64,000 nt of DNA from the human T2T-CHM13v2.0 reference genome, Homo sapiens, in the NCBI RefSeq assembly GCF_009914755.1, contig NC_060937.1, one strand, 5' to 3'. The stretch's first letter is position 1. Each line of letters starts with the position of its first letter. The position numbers and the translations under genes were made by a program. Shown here in pieces: positions 30,789 to 46,260 of this stretch. The notes under the pieces were generated by a model that worked only from the letters and a program-made list of their open reading frames with translations, did no database searches and was not told the origin of the DNA.

Positions 30789-30923
30789 CTTTATTTGTTT
30801 GTTTTGAGAGATGGGGTCTCAGTATGTTTCCTAGGCTGGTCTCAAACTCCTGGGCTCAAGCAATCCACACGCCTCAGCCTCCTAAAATGCTAGGATTACA
30901 GGTGAGGGCCACTGTGCTTGGCC
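30789..30923 (-). mobile_element. Alu monomer (FLAM-like)
   Basis: Single antisense arm. Confidence 0.8.
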
Positions 30924-30959
30924 TAATATGTTAGTTTTAAAACAAAAACTACTCGAACA

Positions 30960-32090
<1,131 letters not shown>

Positions 32091-32481
32091 TTAACAGAAC
32101 TGCTTCCTCCAGAATATCATATAATATATAAATCATACTTATGTGTATTAAAAAAAAAAGAGACAGAAATCTATCCAATTTAACACTTGAAACCAAATCT
32201 TCCCTACACTTGGCCTCTGAGGTTTCAGCCACAGCAACCTCAAGAGCCCATCTGATGTCTGTCCTCAGTCTTCCTTTGTCAGCTCAGTTTTTCCTTTGTG
32301 ATGTCCCTATATTAGAAAGGAAGGTCTGCCAATAGGTCGAACCCTCCAGCAACTTTTCAGAAGGAAAAACAGGGAGATTCCAGTCACAAAATAAAACCTA
32401 TATGCTAACGTTCTTCCAAGTAGATGACAGGAATCTTCGTTCTGTGTCTTTTAAATACTACCACCAACTGAGAGCCTATAC

Positions 32482-32673
32482 CATAGCAGTTAACGGGTGA
32501 GGCTTGAATTTACAGAAGGACCTCCATTAGCAATGACCTGTGTACCCAGAGACTTTCCCAGTTTCATCGTAGGGGAGGAGTGAGAGATGACAAACATTAA
32601 CAGTGGCATTTTAGTAACTAATCTAGGAGTCAACTCCAGACTTTCAACCAATAGTGATCAGAGACTACTGTTC
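32482..32673 (-). pseudogene. Pseudo-exon 5
   Basis: Acceptor CTCTTTGTCTGATTTAG, donor ATG|GTATAG; 192 nt, phase 0 to 0: EQ*SLITIG*KSGVDS*ISY*NATVNVCHLSLLPYDETGKVSGYTGHC*WRSFCKFKPHPLTAM. Confidence 0.75.
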
Positions 32674-32746
32674 CTAAATCAGACAAAGAGATAGATGCAT
32701 GATTTTTGTTTCACAAATTTCGACTTGTTTTCTTCTTTGAGCTCAC

Positions 32747-33153
<407 letters not shown>

Positions 33154-34356
33154 CTAGCATAAAACTGATGGCAAAAGCAAACATGGCACTACTAGTTACT
33201 ACTACTAATGGTCAAACAGGAATGAGATGCTCAGGAATGAAATGCATATAATGAATGGATCTTGCATTGCAAAATGCATTGTGAATTCAGTTATTATTTT
33301 GTAATACTTTGCCAAATATAATCTCTTAATTAGTGAGATTTGAGAATGACTCTTATCTATATAATATCCTGGCTTTTTCAGTATACTTACCATATTTCAA
33401 TGTAAAAAATCAGAAAACCAATATTTATTTTGAAAACAGGTATATGAATTTAATCCAATAACTTGTAAGAGAATTATTAAAAACAAATTTTTGTAATCTC
33501 AAAAACCTAATAAAAATAACACATCTATTAGGATGGCTCAAATAAAGAAACACCAAATTGATAACATGAGATGCTGAGAAGGATGTGAAACAACTGGAAC
33601 TCTCACCATTGCGGGTGGGAATGCAAAGCAGTACAGGCATGGTGGAAAGTGTCTTATAAAATTAAATCTAGAACTTTCTTACAAAATTATGACCCAGCAA
33701 TTGCACTCCTAGGAATCTACCCTAGAAAGATGAAAACTTTTCTTCAGATAAAAACCTGTATATAAGTGCTTACAGCAGCTGTATTCAAAATCACCAAAAA
33801 CTGTAAATAATCCAAATGGCCCTCCACTGTGAATGGATACATACAATGCAGTACATCCAGACGATGGCGATAAGAAAGGACATACACACAAACAAATCTC
33901 AAAGTTGTCGTCGAAGTGAAAAATCAGCCTCAAAGGTTGCATATTATATCATTTCATTTACATGACATTCTGGAAAAGGCACAACATACGAAGATGAACA
34001 AATCAAAGCTGTCAGGGTTTGAGGAAGGGGTGGGTTAGACTACAAAGGGGCAGAATGAGGGAGGGTTTGTTTTGTTTCCTGGCTTTTTGGTGATGGGACT
34101 GCTCTGTATACCGTTGGTGATGGCCAGTACAAGAATCCACACATTTTAAAGCTATTCACATTGTACAAACAAGTTGGTTTTACTGTAAACTTAATAATAA
34201 TGAATGAAAGCATGAGAGCATGCAACTACTCTAAAACAGTTTAAAAATGAAAGGTAAAAGAATAAGAACACTCTGAATCAAATTAATGCCTGGCATACAA
34301 AATTATTTTTAAAAGAGACAAGAGATACATAAACCAAATACAATAGATGGGATTTA

Positions 34357-34750
<394 letters not shown>

Positions 34751-35472
34751 GAAATTGGGATAAAATATTAAAAGATGTTAAGGAATATTTTTTCATTGTT
34801 GGACAGAATTATATTTATGTAAAAAACCCTCAAAATTCATAATAAAATATTTGGGGGTGAAATGACATGATTTCTGGCATTTGCTTCAAAACTCTAGAAA
34901 CAAGCAAACAAAAGTCCAAAACACAAAGGGAGGAGGGCACGTGGAACAAGCATGGCAAAGCCAGTATGGTGCAGTGATCTCTGATCCCGGGTGGGTGGCA
35001 CATGAGGGTTACTATACTGTACTTTTGAGTATGTCTGGAAATGTTCACAGTAAAATGCTGAAAAGGGAAAAAAAAGAGAGAAAGGGGAGAAGGAAAGTAG
35101 GGAGGGATGAAGGGGAGAAGGAAAGGAGGGAGGGCAGCAGGGAGGGAAGAAGGGTTCATCAACTGGGATGTGTCTCTATCCCTGCAGGAACCAAATTCAA
35201 GGCCAATTTGTACCTAATTGTTATGAATAAAGGGTGGGAATGATATTTTCACTTGCCTTTCTTCACCAGGGGTTCGTTATTTACTCAGGCACAACTAAAA
35301 TATCAGAAGGGAAAGATAGAAAAGGGAAATGGATGTTTTCTAAGAGAGCCCTGATCACAAAGTTGACTCTGAAAACCATTCATTTGATAAGGCGATACTG
35401 GCATCTGGGCGTCCACAGGGAAATGTCCGAACACCAAGTGCACTCCTCTTTTCCTCCCACGGTAGTGGCTAC

Positions 35473-35666
35473 CTTCACCTCTACAGCTCTAATCTCAAAC
35501 ACTGCCAATGGAGAGAGCACCTCCCTGGACACAAGTTTGTTCAAGATGTCTTTGTTATAGATATTCTGCCAATATTGTTTTTATTCTACATAATGAAAAC
35601 ATCCACTTATGCCACCACTACACCGCAACCTGAGAGTCCAGAATGTGTCGCATTTGCGTAAGATAT
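35473..35666 (-). pseudogene. Pseudo-exon 3
   Basis: Acceptor GCTAACTGGCAG, donor AAG|GTAGCC; 194 nt (195 if 1 nt is restored near 35620): ISYANATHSGLSGCG/SGGISGCFHYVE*KQYWQNIYNKDILNKLVSREVLSPLAVFEIRAVEVK. Confidence 0.75.
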
Positions 35667-35817
35667 CTGCCAGTTAGCCCAGATGGAAAGTGACACAGAG
35701 GCTCGAGAAAACCAGTGAGAGGCAGGTAACCGAGCTTCTGGCAAGCTCCCACAGTCAGTACATTCATTTATATCCCAGCTGATCTTAAGCCCCGGAACCC
35801 TGGTTCTGCTGGCTTAC

Positions 35818-35870
35818 CTGTGAGTCTACTTGACTTCTGTTGTAAAAGATCCTGCTGTTCACAATTCTTC
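35818..35870 (-). pseudogene. Pseudo-exon 2
   Basis: TTTTAG|G acceptor, CAG|GTAAGC donor; 53 nt, phase 1 to 0: GRIVNSRIFYNRSQVDSQ. Confidence 0.75.
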
Positions 35871-36167
35871 CTAAAATTACCACGTTAACCATGACTTAGA
35901 CTTCGTCAATGTTCCCTCCAATGCCGTCAAACCATTCTTTGTTCATTTATGAGATATACTAATCTCCTCTTATAAGTTTTTATTAGGCTTTTATAATCTG
36001 GATCTAACTTTGCAGAAAACTAAATCAAGGGAGGAAGAGTAATTCAAAGCAGGCAGTTATGATTATTTTCAATAATGGCTCAAAGAACACTTTTCAAACC
36101 TCATTTAATGCTGGAAAGTTAATAAAACCATCATGAGATGTAAAAATATTAATTTTCTTTAACTTAC

Positions 36168-36249
36168 CTGCCTCGTACTCCCAAGTACAGATGACAACAG
36201 CAGGAAGAGGTAATTAACACTCAAAAGCTTGAAAAGTAAATGTGGTCAT
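36168..36249 (-). pseudogene. Pseudo-exon 1, coding part (signal-peptide-like)
   Basis: Perfect donor CAG|GTAAGT; MTTFTFQAFEC*LPLPAVVICTWEYEA, phase 1. The choice of start codon is uncertain. Confidence 0.6.
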
Positions 36250-36569
36250 TTGAAAAATGGACAGGAACACAGCATAATATGGGGAGTATTCCCGCATATA
36301 CTCTTCCTTACTCTAATTTACTCTGGCCTGACTCAGAACATCAGTTCTGTAAAAACACTCTCGACTAGCTGGAAATGAGTTCTTTCTTACTGGGTGCCCA
36401 CTATGTGGAAGGCATGATGGCGGACTCCGAATGAGGAAGGCATGGTTCTCACCCAATCAGAGCTCACAGCCCTGCAGTGTTTAGGCTAGCATGCAAAAAC
36501 AATTAATTATGCAAGACAAAATAACATGAAATTCAAATAAAAGAGCAACTGCAGCAAAACCACCCCCAG

Positions 36570-37203
36570 GGTACGGAGGCAGGAGTACCCACAGCTGTGG
36601 GGAGAGGAGGGCCTAGGAGTTGAGGGGTTCAGCAGCTCAGTCTCTCTGACTTTCTCCTGCGTGTGTCTTGCCCCTCTCATCCTCCCCCAAGACAAACCAC
36701 AGGATCCAGAACTTCTCTTCCCCAGTGCAGGTGACAGGAACCAGAACCCCTTTCCCCAAAGCCAGCCATAAAACCTAAAAATACTACTCTCTAGCCTTCC
36801 CCATGCCTTTCTGTATAACAGCTGGCCATAAAGACCTTGGACAATGAGACCCTCATTCCAGAGGGTCCTACCCCATTCCTGGAAGGAAGAAATGCTACAA
36901 CAGAGAGGCCAAGAAGAACCTGAGGAGACAGGCCTTGCTGGGCTTCCCTACTCGGTCTATTTCCATCAGCTCACACCCTTTTTTCCAAATGAATTTCCAC
37001 ATGGCGGTCTGTGCTTCTTCACATCTAAGCAAAATCTGGAGAGTTCACCCTGGGTCTCTGGGTCTTCATTCTGAAAGCTCCTATGTCATTTAAAACTATG
37101 ATTGAACACGTTTTGCTTTTCTATTGTTAATCTTTGTCATTGGGGTGTCAGCCATGACCCTTATGACAGGGTAGAGAGGGATCACCCCCTTTCTGCCCCT
37201 ACA
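36570..37203 (+). mobile_element. ERV1 solo LTR (MER34/MER39-like)
   Basis: AACCAGAACCCCTTTCCCCAAAGCCAGCCATAAAACC; ends CCCCTACA; 5' boundary uncertain. Confidence 0.7.
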
Positions 37204-37452
37204 GAGTGAATCAGAAGGTTCTGAGCACCGTTCTGCTGATGGAATTCACACGTGGAACTTAGGTCTCCTGTCAGCCCAAAGCCCCCTCCCTTCAGCGCTG
37301 AGGAAAGAGGGGCCTGCTGGGTCTAGACCTGATGGGTCTGCCTCGGTGTATAAGAGCAGCAGAAACACACCTCGGGGATTGGCACCTGGTCTTACTCTGC
37401 CAAAAATGCCTGGGGATCTGCTCTGATCCTGCGACTGCTGCTGCATCACAAA

Positions 37453-37898
37453 GTGAGGCTGACAGAACAAAGGTCCCCAGCAAACATGTCCATGCCCTAA
37501 TCCCTGGAACTTTTGACTATGGCACCTCGCACGGCAAAGGGACTTTGCACATGTGATTAATTAGGGAAGCTGAGATGAGATCATCCTGGGCAATCTACAC
37601 GGGCCCTCAATCCAATGGCAAATATCCTTATGAGGGACAGAAGACAGACACCGAGGAGGGGGCCATGTGAAGACACAGCAGAGCCGGGAGGTGTGCGACC
37701 ACTTGCCGCAGAACGCCTGGAGCCGCCAGAAGCTGAAAAAGGTAGGGAAGGACTTTCCATACAGCCTTTGGAGGGAGGGCAGCCCTGACAGCACCTTGAT
37801 TTCTGGTTTTGGATTCTGTGAGCAGAGAATAAATTTTTGTTGTCTTAAGCTTCCCAGTTTGTGGTAATTTGCTATGGAAGCCCTAGCAAATGAACACA
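37453..37898 (+). mobile_element. MLT1(B/C-like) LTR
   Basis: CCTAATCCCTGGAAC...GGCCATGTGAAGAC...GAGAATAAATTTTTGTTG. Confidence 0.8.
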
Positions 37899-38089
37899 GT
37901 TACTAAGTAACTCTTCTGTGTCAAGTCAGGATAGCAAAGGCTGCCTTGGCTTAGGCAGAATAAAACAGCCAGGGCTCACAAGTGATGGAAGAACTGCCAG
38001 GGGGAAGCTATGAAATCTGCACCCTGTAGATCTGACTGTTAAGATGTTCTCAAGGTAGTAGGATCTCATTTCAGCCTGCCCAAAGAAAC

Positions 38090-39510
38090 TTTCACCTGTT
38101 GGCCCAGTCTACAGTTACAAGACTAAAGGCAAAAGGAACTGTGTATATTCATAAAAACCGGGCTCTCGTTGTTTCAGTGGTTCCCATAGGGCGAGATGGC
38201 AATTCCAACACTGTGATACACACATATGTACTGAACAAGTAGGCAAATGTGCCACAGGCAACGGGAGCCACGTTTCTCACTGTTGGAATGGGAGGTGAGA
38301 GACAGCAGGGAAAACGCAAGAGTGATCCACGGGGTAAAGGATTAGGGCTGGAGACACCAGTGTGGACTCACAGAAACAAATGGTTCCATACAGAAGTATT
38401 TAGTGATATGTGTATATACACAGGTCAGTACACACAGACATTTCCTTGCTCCATCAGCTGAGAGGACCTAAAAGCAATGCCACCACAGTCGAAATGAGCA
38501 CACCAGCATCCAGCTTGTGGTTTCTAACACCATCTCCAACAGAGGGGACCAGGGTTCCCCAGAGAAACGGCTGAACCTAAGACTGAAGCAGGAAATACAC
38601 AAGATCAATCTAGGGCATCTAGCAATATTGGAAAGCAAGGAAGTGCTCAAAAATAAACAAACCCACCAGCCCACAAAGATGGGACAAGTTGAAAGGACAC
38701 AAGAGACAATGGAACAGGCTCCCAATGGCCAAAGCAGGAACAACTGGAGAACAAAATAAGGAGTATTGGATTAGAACCTAAAGTATAATATAAGTATCTG
38801 TGAGTCCATAATGATATAAATGGCTGAGTAAATAAATGCAAGAAAACAGATAACCCTCCTGCACGGAAGAATTCCAAATAACATATGTAGACACTTTCCC
38901 CTTAAGGAGATGAAGCCTAAATAACTCCTCCCTTCAGAAGTGCAGGCTGCTCACTGTGACTTCCTTTCAGAGCACAGTATGAAGGGAGGGGGAAAGTGTG
39001 ACTTTACAGTGGAGAAACCTGCCAATCACTATTTCAGTCAGGTAATCAAGATCAACAGCAAAAGAGAGAAGTCATGTAGACAGTATGTGTGCTTGATACG
39101 ATGTAGCAAAAATGACACTTTATCTCCATGGTCTTCCTCCCAATCCCCACACCCCTGTGGCAGTGACTCTGTGGGGTGAGGGCTAAAGCAAATAATAAAT
39201 TATGCTGGGTTGTTCTGAACTGAGATTTCTGGAGTGGAAGAAAGGGGTATGGATATAAGTTCTATGACATTAAGCAAAAACGTTGTAGTCCAGAAAAAGA
39301 CTTGGATGTTACCAGTATGCGCTCATGAAATATTTTATCTTGAACAATGGTTTTCCCTGTCTCTGTCTGTTGAAATGGCTTAAAAACAACTGCCAATCCA
39401 ACAGCAATGAGCACCTTATTAGGGCCAGATTATGGCCTTTAAGTACCATTTTTCACTTTAAAACAGCTAACCAGGGCTCCTTGGAGAAACAGCTGATTTC
39501 AGATTTGGGG
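38090..39510 (+). mobile_element. Old L1MC/MD 3' fragments
   Basis: ACCAGGGTTCCCCAGAGAAACGGCTG motif and related L1M 3' sequence. Confidence 0.6.
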
Positions 39511-39663
39511 CAATAAATCTGACCATAACTTCCTCTTACTGTTGGGAGGAACTTCAAAACTTATGATGACCTACAGAATCCTCTCTCCCTGGCTCCCTCT
39601 CCAGTCCCATCTCCTCCCTGCCAAGGACTCAGCCACATTCACCTTCTTTTGTCTCCTCAAATC

Positions 39664-40012
39664 TGTGGTTGGCAGAATAATGGCCACCCAAAGATGTTTA
39701 CATCCTAATCCCTGGAACCTATGAATATGTTAACTCCTATGCCAAAAGGGACTTCACAGATGTGAGGACCTTGAGGTGCAGAGATCAATCTGGATTATCC
39801 AAGTGGGCCCAATCTAATTAAATGAGGAATCCTTAAAACTGGAAAACCTGCCCTGGATCAGATCAGACAGATGTGACGACAAAAGCAGGGTCAGAGAAGG
39901 GTAATATTGTTAGCTTTGAATATGGAGGAAAGGGCCAATAAGCCAAGGAATGCAGGTGGCCTCTAGCAGCTGCAAAAAGGAAGAAAACAGATTCTCCCTA
40001 GAGCCTCCAGAC
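39664..40012 (+). mobile_element. MLT1D-like LTR fragment
   Basis: TGTGGTTGGCAGAATAATGGCC...GATTCTCCCTAGAGCCTCCAG. Confidence 0.75.
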
Positions 40013-40812
40013 AGCTGTTATTATACACATATTTTTAATTAAAAAGTCCAAAATCACCCAGCTAGTAAGTGGCAGTGTCAGGACGAGAAGCCAGGCGGTC
40101 TGACACAGAAGTTGGTGCCCTTAACCATGATGCTAATATTTGTCTCCCACATAATAGAAATTCCAACACCTTTTTCATTCATTAACATGATACCCTCCAG
40201 TGTTCAGAATAGCTTAATAAATAGCTGCTGAATATGAATGAATGGGACAAAGATATAACTTCCCCCTGCTATTTTTTTCTTGGTAAAAAAAACTGTGTTA
40301 TGGAAAGTAAAATATGTACAAAACTAGGGTAATGATAGAAGGAACTCTCAAATACTCATCTCCCAACTTCAACACTTAGCAACATACGGCCAATCTTAAT
40401 GCCAACATTAGTTTGGTATTTATTGTCTGGAAATACTCCCCCTTCAATAATCTTTTTCAGAATCACATGTTCCTAGCTCTCATTACATTTTAATTTATCT
40501 GTGTTAACACGAATTTTTAAAAGAAACCTTAAAATGGGCAAGTCTTTCTAAGCAAAACACAAAACAAAGACACTATAAAGGGGAGATCGATATTTTTAAG
40601 TACATAAAATTAAAATTTTTTGCAAAGCCTAGAGACTGTATTACACAAAGTACAAAAAATAGGGTGGAAATAGTTATAGTACGTATGACAAAAGATTAGT
40701 ATTCTCAATGTATAAATAATTCTTATAAATCAAAAGACAACCCCAGAGAAAAACAGATGAAGAAATGAATATACACTTTCTCTACTATTCTTTCCTTCCC
40801 TTTCCCTCCTCC

Positions 40813-40978
40813 TTTAATTTTTTGAGACAGGGTCTCACTCTGTTGCCCAGGCTGGAGCACAATGGCATAATCAGTGTAATCACAGCTCACTGCAGCCTCA
40901 ATCTCCTGGGATCAAACAATCCTCCTGCCTCAGCCTCCTAAAGTGCTGGAATTACAGTACAAGCCACCGTACCTGGCT
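40813..40978 (-). mobile_element. Internally deleted old Alu
   Basis: Antisense Alu ends fused together. Confidence 0.8.
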
Positions 40979-41108
40979 CCCCACCACTACTATTCTTAAA
41001 TGACAAAGAGACAAGGGCTTCCAACTGGCACTATTTGTCAGCATACTTCTTGTGGTGCTCTAGAATTTGAGCAATGAACACTCTAGAACAGAGGCTAACA
41101 GTTCTCAC

Positions 41109-41281
41109 CTGTAAGCTTGTTTCTTCAAGGAAGTGTTGCCTTAGAATCCAGATCCACAGTAAGCCTGAGAGTCTTAAAAACTTTTGACTTCAGAATCCTT
41201 CCACATGATTCAAGAAAAAGTTAAGTCCACTTCACAGGGTGACCAGAAAGTCCATGGGGACCAAATATCCAGTTTTCAGTC
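41109..41281 (-). other. GGACT: GGACT 5'UTR exon 2 (173 nt)
   Basis: Acceptor CTTCCTCTTATCTCACCTCCCAACAG and donor CAG|GTGAGA in unique sequence. Confidence 0.8.
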
Positions 41282-41537
41282 CTGTTGGGAGGTGAGATAA
41301 GAGGAAGTCAACTGAAGAAAGTTAAACATTTAAGCAATAAGGGGCTTACAAACAAACATAAATGACCTAACTACCATTAGAAGGCAATCTCAGACCCTGG
41401 GCACATACCCAGGGAAGGAATATACTTATATTCAGTGCAAAAATGCAGTCCACATGCTTGAGGGGCCAAAGAATGCCTTGAATAGAGGAACCTTCCCAGT
41501 GACCTAGAGAAAGGGTTCAAAGTTCTCAAGACCTCCT

Positions 41538-42083
41538 TGACAAAATGTGGTACATATACACAATGAAGTACTATTCAGCCATTAAAAAGGAGATCCTGTC
41601 ATTTGCAACAATATGGTGCAGCCGGAGGTCGTTATGTGACGTGAAATAACCCAGACACAGAAAGACAAACTTTGCATGTTCTTACTCATTTGTGGGAGCC
41701 AAAAATTAAAACAATTGAACTGACTGAGATAGAGATCAGAATGATGGTTACCAGAGGCTAGGAAGGGTAGTAGGGGGGTTGGGGGAAAGCAGAGATGGTT
41801 AATGGGTACAAAAACACAGAAAGCAGGAATAAGATCTAGTATTTGATAGCACAACAGGGTGACTATAGTCAGTAATAATGTAACTATACATTTAAAAATA
41901 ACTAAGAGTATCGTTAGATTGTAACACAAAAGATAAATGCTTGAGGTGATGGATACCCCATTTACCCTGATGTGATTATTACACATTGTATCTCATATAC
42001 CTTGTAATGAGGGTTTATTATTACACATTGTATCTCATATACACCTATTACTAGGTACCCACAAAAATTAACTATCAAAAAAG
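41538..42083 (+). mobile_element. L1MA-type 3' end
   Basis: AAAATGTGGTACATATACACAATG...GTACCCACAAAAATTAA; small internal duplication at ~41975-42040. Confidence 0.85.
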
Positions 42084-42510
42084 AACTATTTGAGAAATAA
42101 CAGCTCTATATACTCTCCTACAAATAAGACAAGTAAAAAGAAAAAGAAAAAATGTCTTCTCAGCCATCAGGCAAAGCCAATTTTAGTAATGCTGAGCTCC
42201 TATTTTGGTAATGTTGAGCTTCTTTGATTCTTTGATGAGGGTTTCCAAGTCTTTAAAGTCAGATAAATTTAGATTTAAAAAAAGTCAAACCACTTCTGAA
42301 GTAGACTTGCCAAAAATGGCAAGCATGAACCTAATTAAGCCTCTAGATCTAACTTCTAGTTTACAGGAAATATAGGGGATAGAGAAGCAAGCCAAACCAC
42401 ACTCCACGAAAAGCAGCCCAACAGATCCAGAGTGTGAGGCACCCTACAGGCAATCAACCAAGTAACATCGACAGTCATTGGTATTGAGGAAACCCGCCAA
42501 GGCTGCTCTA

Positions 42511-42753
42511 GACTTGGGTCGGCAAACCACAGCCTGCGGGTAAGTCCAGCCTGTGGGTGGATTTTAAAACACAAAAGCTTTGGAAATTAAGTATTATTGG
42601 AACACAGCCATGCTTATCCATTTACTATCACCCCTGGCTACTTCTGCATGACGATGGCAGAGCTGAGCAGTTGTGGCAGAGACCATAGGGCCTGCAAAGC
42701 CTGAAAGAGCTGGTATCTGGCTCTTCACAGAGACATCTGCCACCCCTGCCCTA
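42511..42753 (+). mobile_element. MER58-like hAT DNA transposon
   Basis: GGGTCGGCAAAC start; TTATTGGAACACAGCCATGC; TGCCACCCCTG end. Confidence 0.75.
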
Positions 42754-43287
<534 letters not shown>

Positions 43288-45026
43288 GTAACAGTCAACA
43301 AATTCTTGTCTGGATGTGGATTCAAACAAACCAACAGTAAAAATAAGTTCATTTTTGAGGTGATCAGGGAAATCTGATCATGGACTAGGTTTTAGAAAAT
43401 GTTAAGGAATTATTGTCAATTTCATCAGGAGGTGATAATTGTATTATGGTTACACAAGCAAATGCCCTTTCTCTGGAGAAACATACTGAACAATTTAGGG
43501 GTGAAGTGTTATGTTGTCTGGAATAAACTGCTTTAAACTGCTTCAGCCACAACCAAAAAAAGAAAAAAAAAGATGAAGTGGATATGGCCAAACAAGACTT
43601 GTGAAGTCCATTTGATGGATATATGGAAATTCATTCTACTTTGCTGGGCTTTTATGTTTGCTTAAAATTTTCCCAATAAGCAAAACAAACAAACAAACAA
43701 AATCAGAACCTTGATCAAAATGTAGAGGTTATCACTGGAGAGCCTTGCTTGCCAGGCACCCCCACCCCCGACCCCACCCCTCCTCTCGCGGAGTCCAGCC
43801 TCAGCACGCCAGTTGTTCACCTTTGTCTGAACACACTGTCATTTTCAGCTTCTTATTTTTGCTCATGGTGTTGGCCACCCTTTCCATTCCTGTGCCTATA
43901 AAAATCTGTTCTCTGCTTAAGGTCTCCCCAACTGTGACCTTCTCCTGGCCCTCCAGTGAGCACTCACCTCTCAGTTCCAACAGCACACTGCCTCTGGTTT
44001 CATTCTTCGCTACGTTCTAGCTATTTACCAGGTCTGTTACCTCATGATGCCATACAATCCCAGAGACTTCCAATAGCTAAGTCTTTTCTGTAAATCTATT
44101 TAAGGGGGTATCACGATGCCTTTTACGGAGCAAGCTCCGCAGTCCAGGGGCAGGTCCTCACGGCCTAAACACGGCTGCCTTATCCTGAGTAGTTTTACTG
44201 ACAATAGAGCTTCAACTGAAGAATGAATTCCTGTTCAGCAGGACACTGGGCAGTCATGTTTAATTGAGAACTCTTAAAATTCCTAATAGAGTTTGCCTAG
44301 ATGGAGGATGTTCTAAAGAGGGCTGCGAATATTTCGTGTTTCTGTCCTCTTACTGTCACCTTTCCTTGGGTCCTGTCCCCTCTTCAAGCATGGCTGCACT
44401 ACACTTCCACACCAGCCTGCTGGTGTCCTAATCACTGGTAAGGGCCCTGGCTCGAGGTGGATACAAAGCCTCCCAATGACTTCACTTCAAGAATGGACAC
44501 AGATTGGAAATCTTACTAGTAAAGAGAGAAATGAACAGATCATTTTAAAATCCCTCTTCTATTCTGCTTACTGCTACCTACTATCCAGATCACCACAAAC
44601 AACCACCCTCTCCTAACTAGTAGTAGTTAGGGCCTGGTTAGTAAAATCAACTAGCCCAAAGTATTTCCGTACAAAAATCCACCAATTAGAAATTAATTTA
44701 ACTTTGCAAACTCAGCTTTTACAATACGAATCTCTGCTAGAACACAGTGGTCTGCTTATTCAGGGAAGTCTGGCTTCTTCTGGGAATAGTTTCAGGAAAA
44801 CAAGGCATTTTGGGAAAATACGGGCAAACTGCAGGTGCTCTTCATCTGAGCATTTCAATAAATTGAATGAGGCCAGGGAAAAGTCTTCACTTACAGGTAA
44901 ATGTACATAAGGACACCTACGTGTGTGTAAGACCTACACTTTAAATAGGTCACCTTTAGTTTTTCATTAATCATTTCTCCTGGGACATTTAGCAAAACGA
45001 ATAACTTGCTTTTAAAAAAGGCCACA

Positions 45027-45344
<318 letters not shown>

Positions 45345-45689
45345 TTATCACTTAAATATTAAATCAACTAAGCGTGGAGTTAAGAAGCTGTGTTCAAAAA
45401 ACACTTAAGTCTGCTTTTGAGCTTGTGGCGTTGTCCTTGGCCCACAGAGTAAAACAGCAATGATAACCATAATTAATAATCAAGGCAGTAAATTTCTTCA
45501 AAATTTCAGAAGTTTCACTAATGGCTCCAAAGAAACCTTAGATCAGAAATTCACAAGTGCCAGGAGACGTTTTTAGATTTCTTTTGCAGCTTCTAGTCTC
45601 CTTACAAACAGGAAATCTTTAAAATGAAAAACAATTTCTGAGAAGTGTTAGCCCGGTTCAGCTGAGGTCCTCTGAAAGCCAGCGTGTGG

Positions 45690-46260
45690 GCTGTCACGCT
45701 TCCTTTACAGGGAAGCAGCGCCCGTGCGTGAGGCGGTTCCTGGCTTTTACCGCCCTCTGCCCGTTCTGGCAATCGCGCCCGTGGCCCCCGCGCGGGGCAA
45801 TGGAGGACGCGTTTCGGGGTCCACCGTCCCCTCCCTCCGGCTGGCCTCGCCGGCCGGCGGCGCCCCAGGCCTCCTCCCTCACCCGCGGGGACGCCGAGTG
45901 CTGCGGCCTCGGCCCGGACGCCGCGCAGGGAGCGACGCCCCAGGTTCCCGCGGGCGCCAGGACACCCCGCCTGGGGGGCGGAGCAGGCGCAGCCCCGACC
46001 CCCGCCCGGGCTCAGCGCCTCACCTGCCGGCAGCCGGGGCTGTCGGGGAGGGCAGGGCCAGGGCGGAAATGCAGGGCCGGGCCCGCGCCTCTGCTCCCAG
46101 GCCGCCCCCGGCGGCGCCCCCTGCAGGCGGAACGCGAGGCCCACCAGCCCCTGCGGCGCCCTCGCACACACGTGGCCGCTCGCACAACTGGCCGCCTAAC
46201 AGCCAGACCCACCCACGCCGATGCCCGCCGGAGACGCCCCGCCGCAGACACAGCGCAACC
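45690..46260. promoter_or_regulatory. GGACT: CpG island promoter of GGACT
   Basis: Very GC- and CpG-rich; GC boxes (GGGGCGGAG at ~45975, GGGCGG at 46061); contains a first-exon donor. Confidence 0.9.
46024..46090 (-). other. GGACT: GGACT non-coding exon 1 (TSS approximate)
   Basis: Donor CAG|GTGAGG at 46024/46023 inside the CpG island. Confidence 0.75.

Noticed and set aside
35473-36249. Alternative frames for pseudo-exons 1-3 (LFLLLSSVLGSTRQ; YLTQMRHILDSQ; KNCEQQDLL)
   Set aside because: They look protein-like, but only the chosen frame reproduces the internal repeat. The exon 1 frame remains uncertain.
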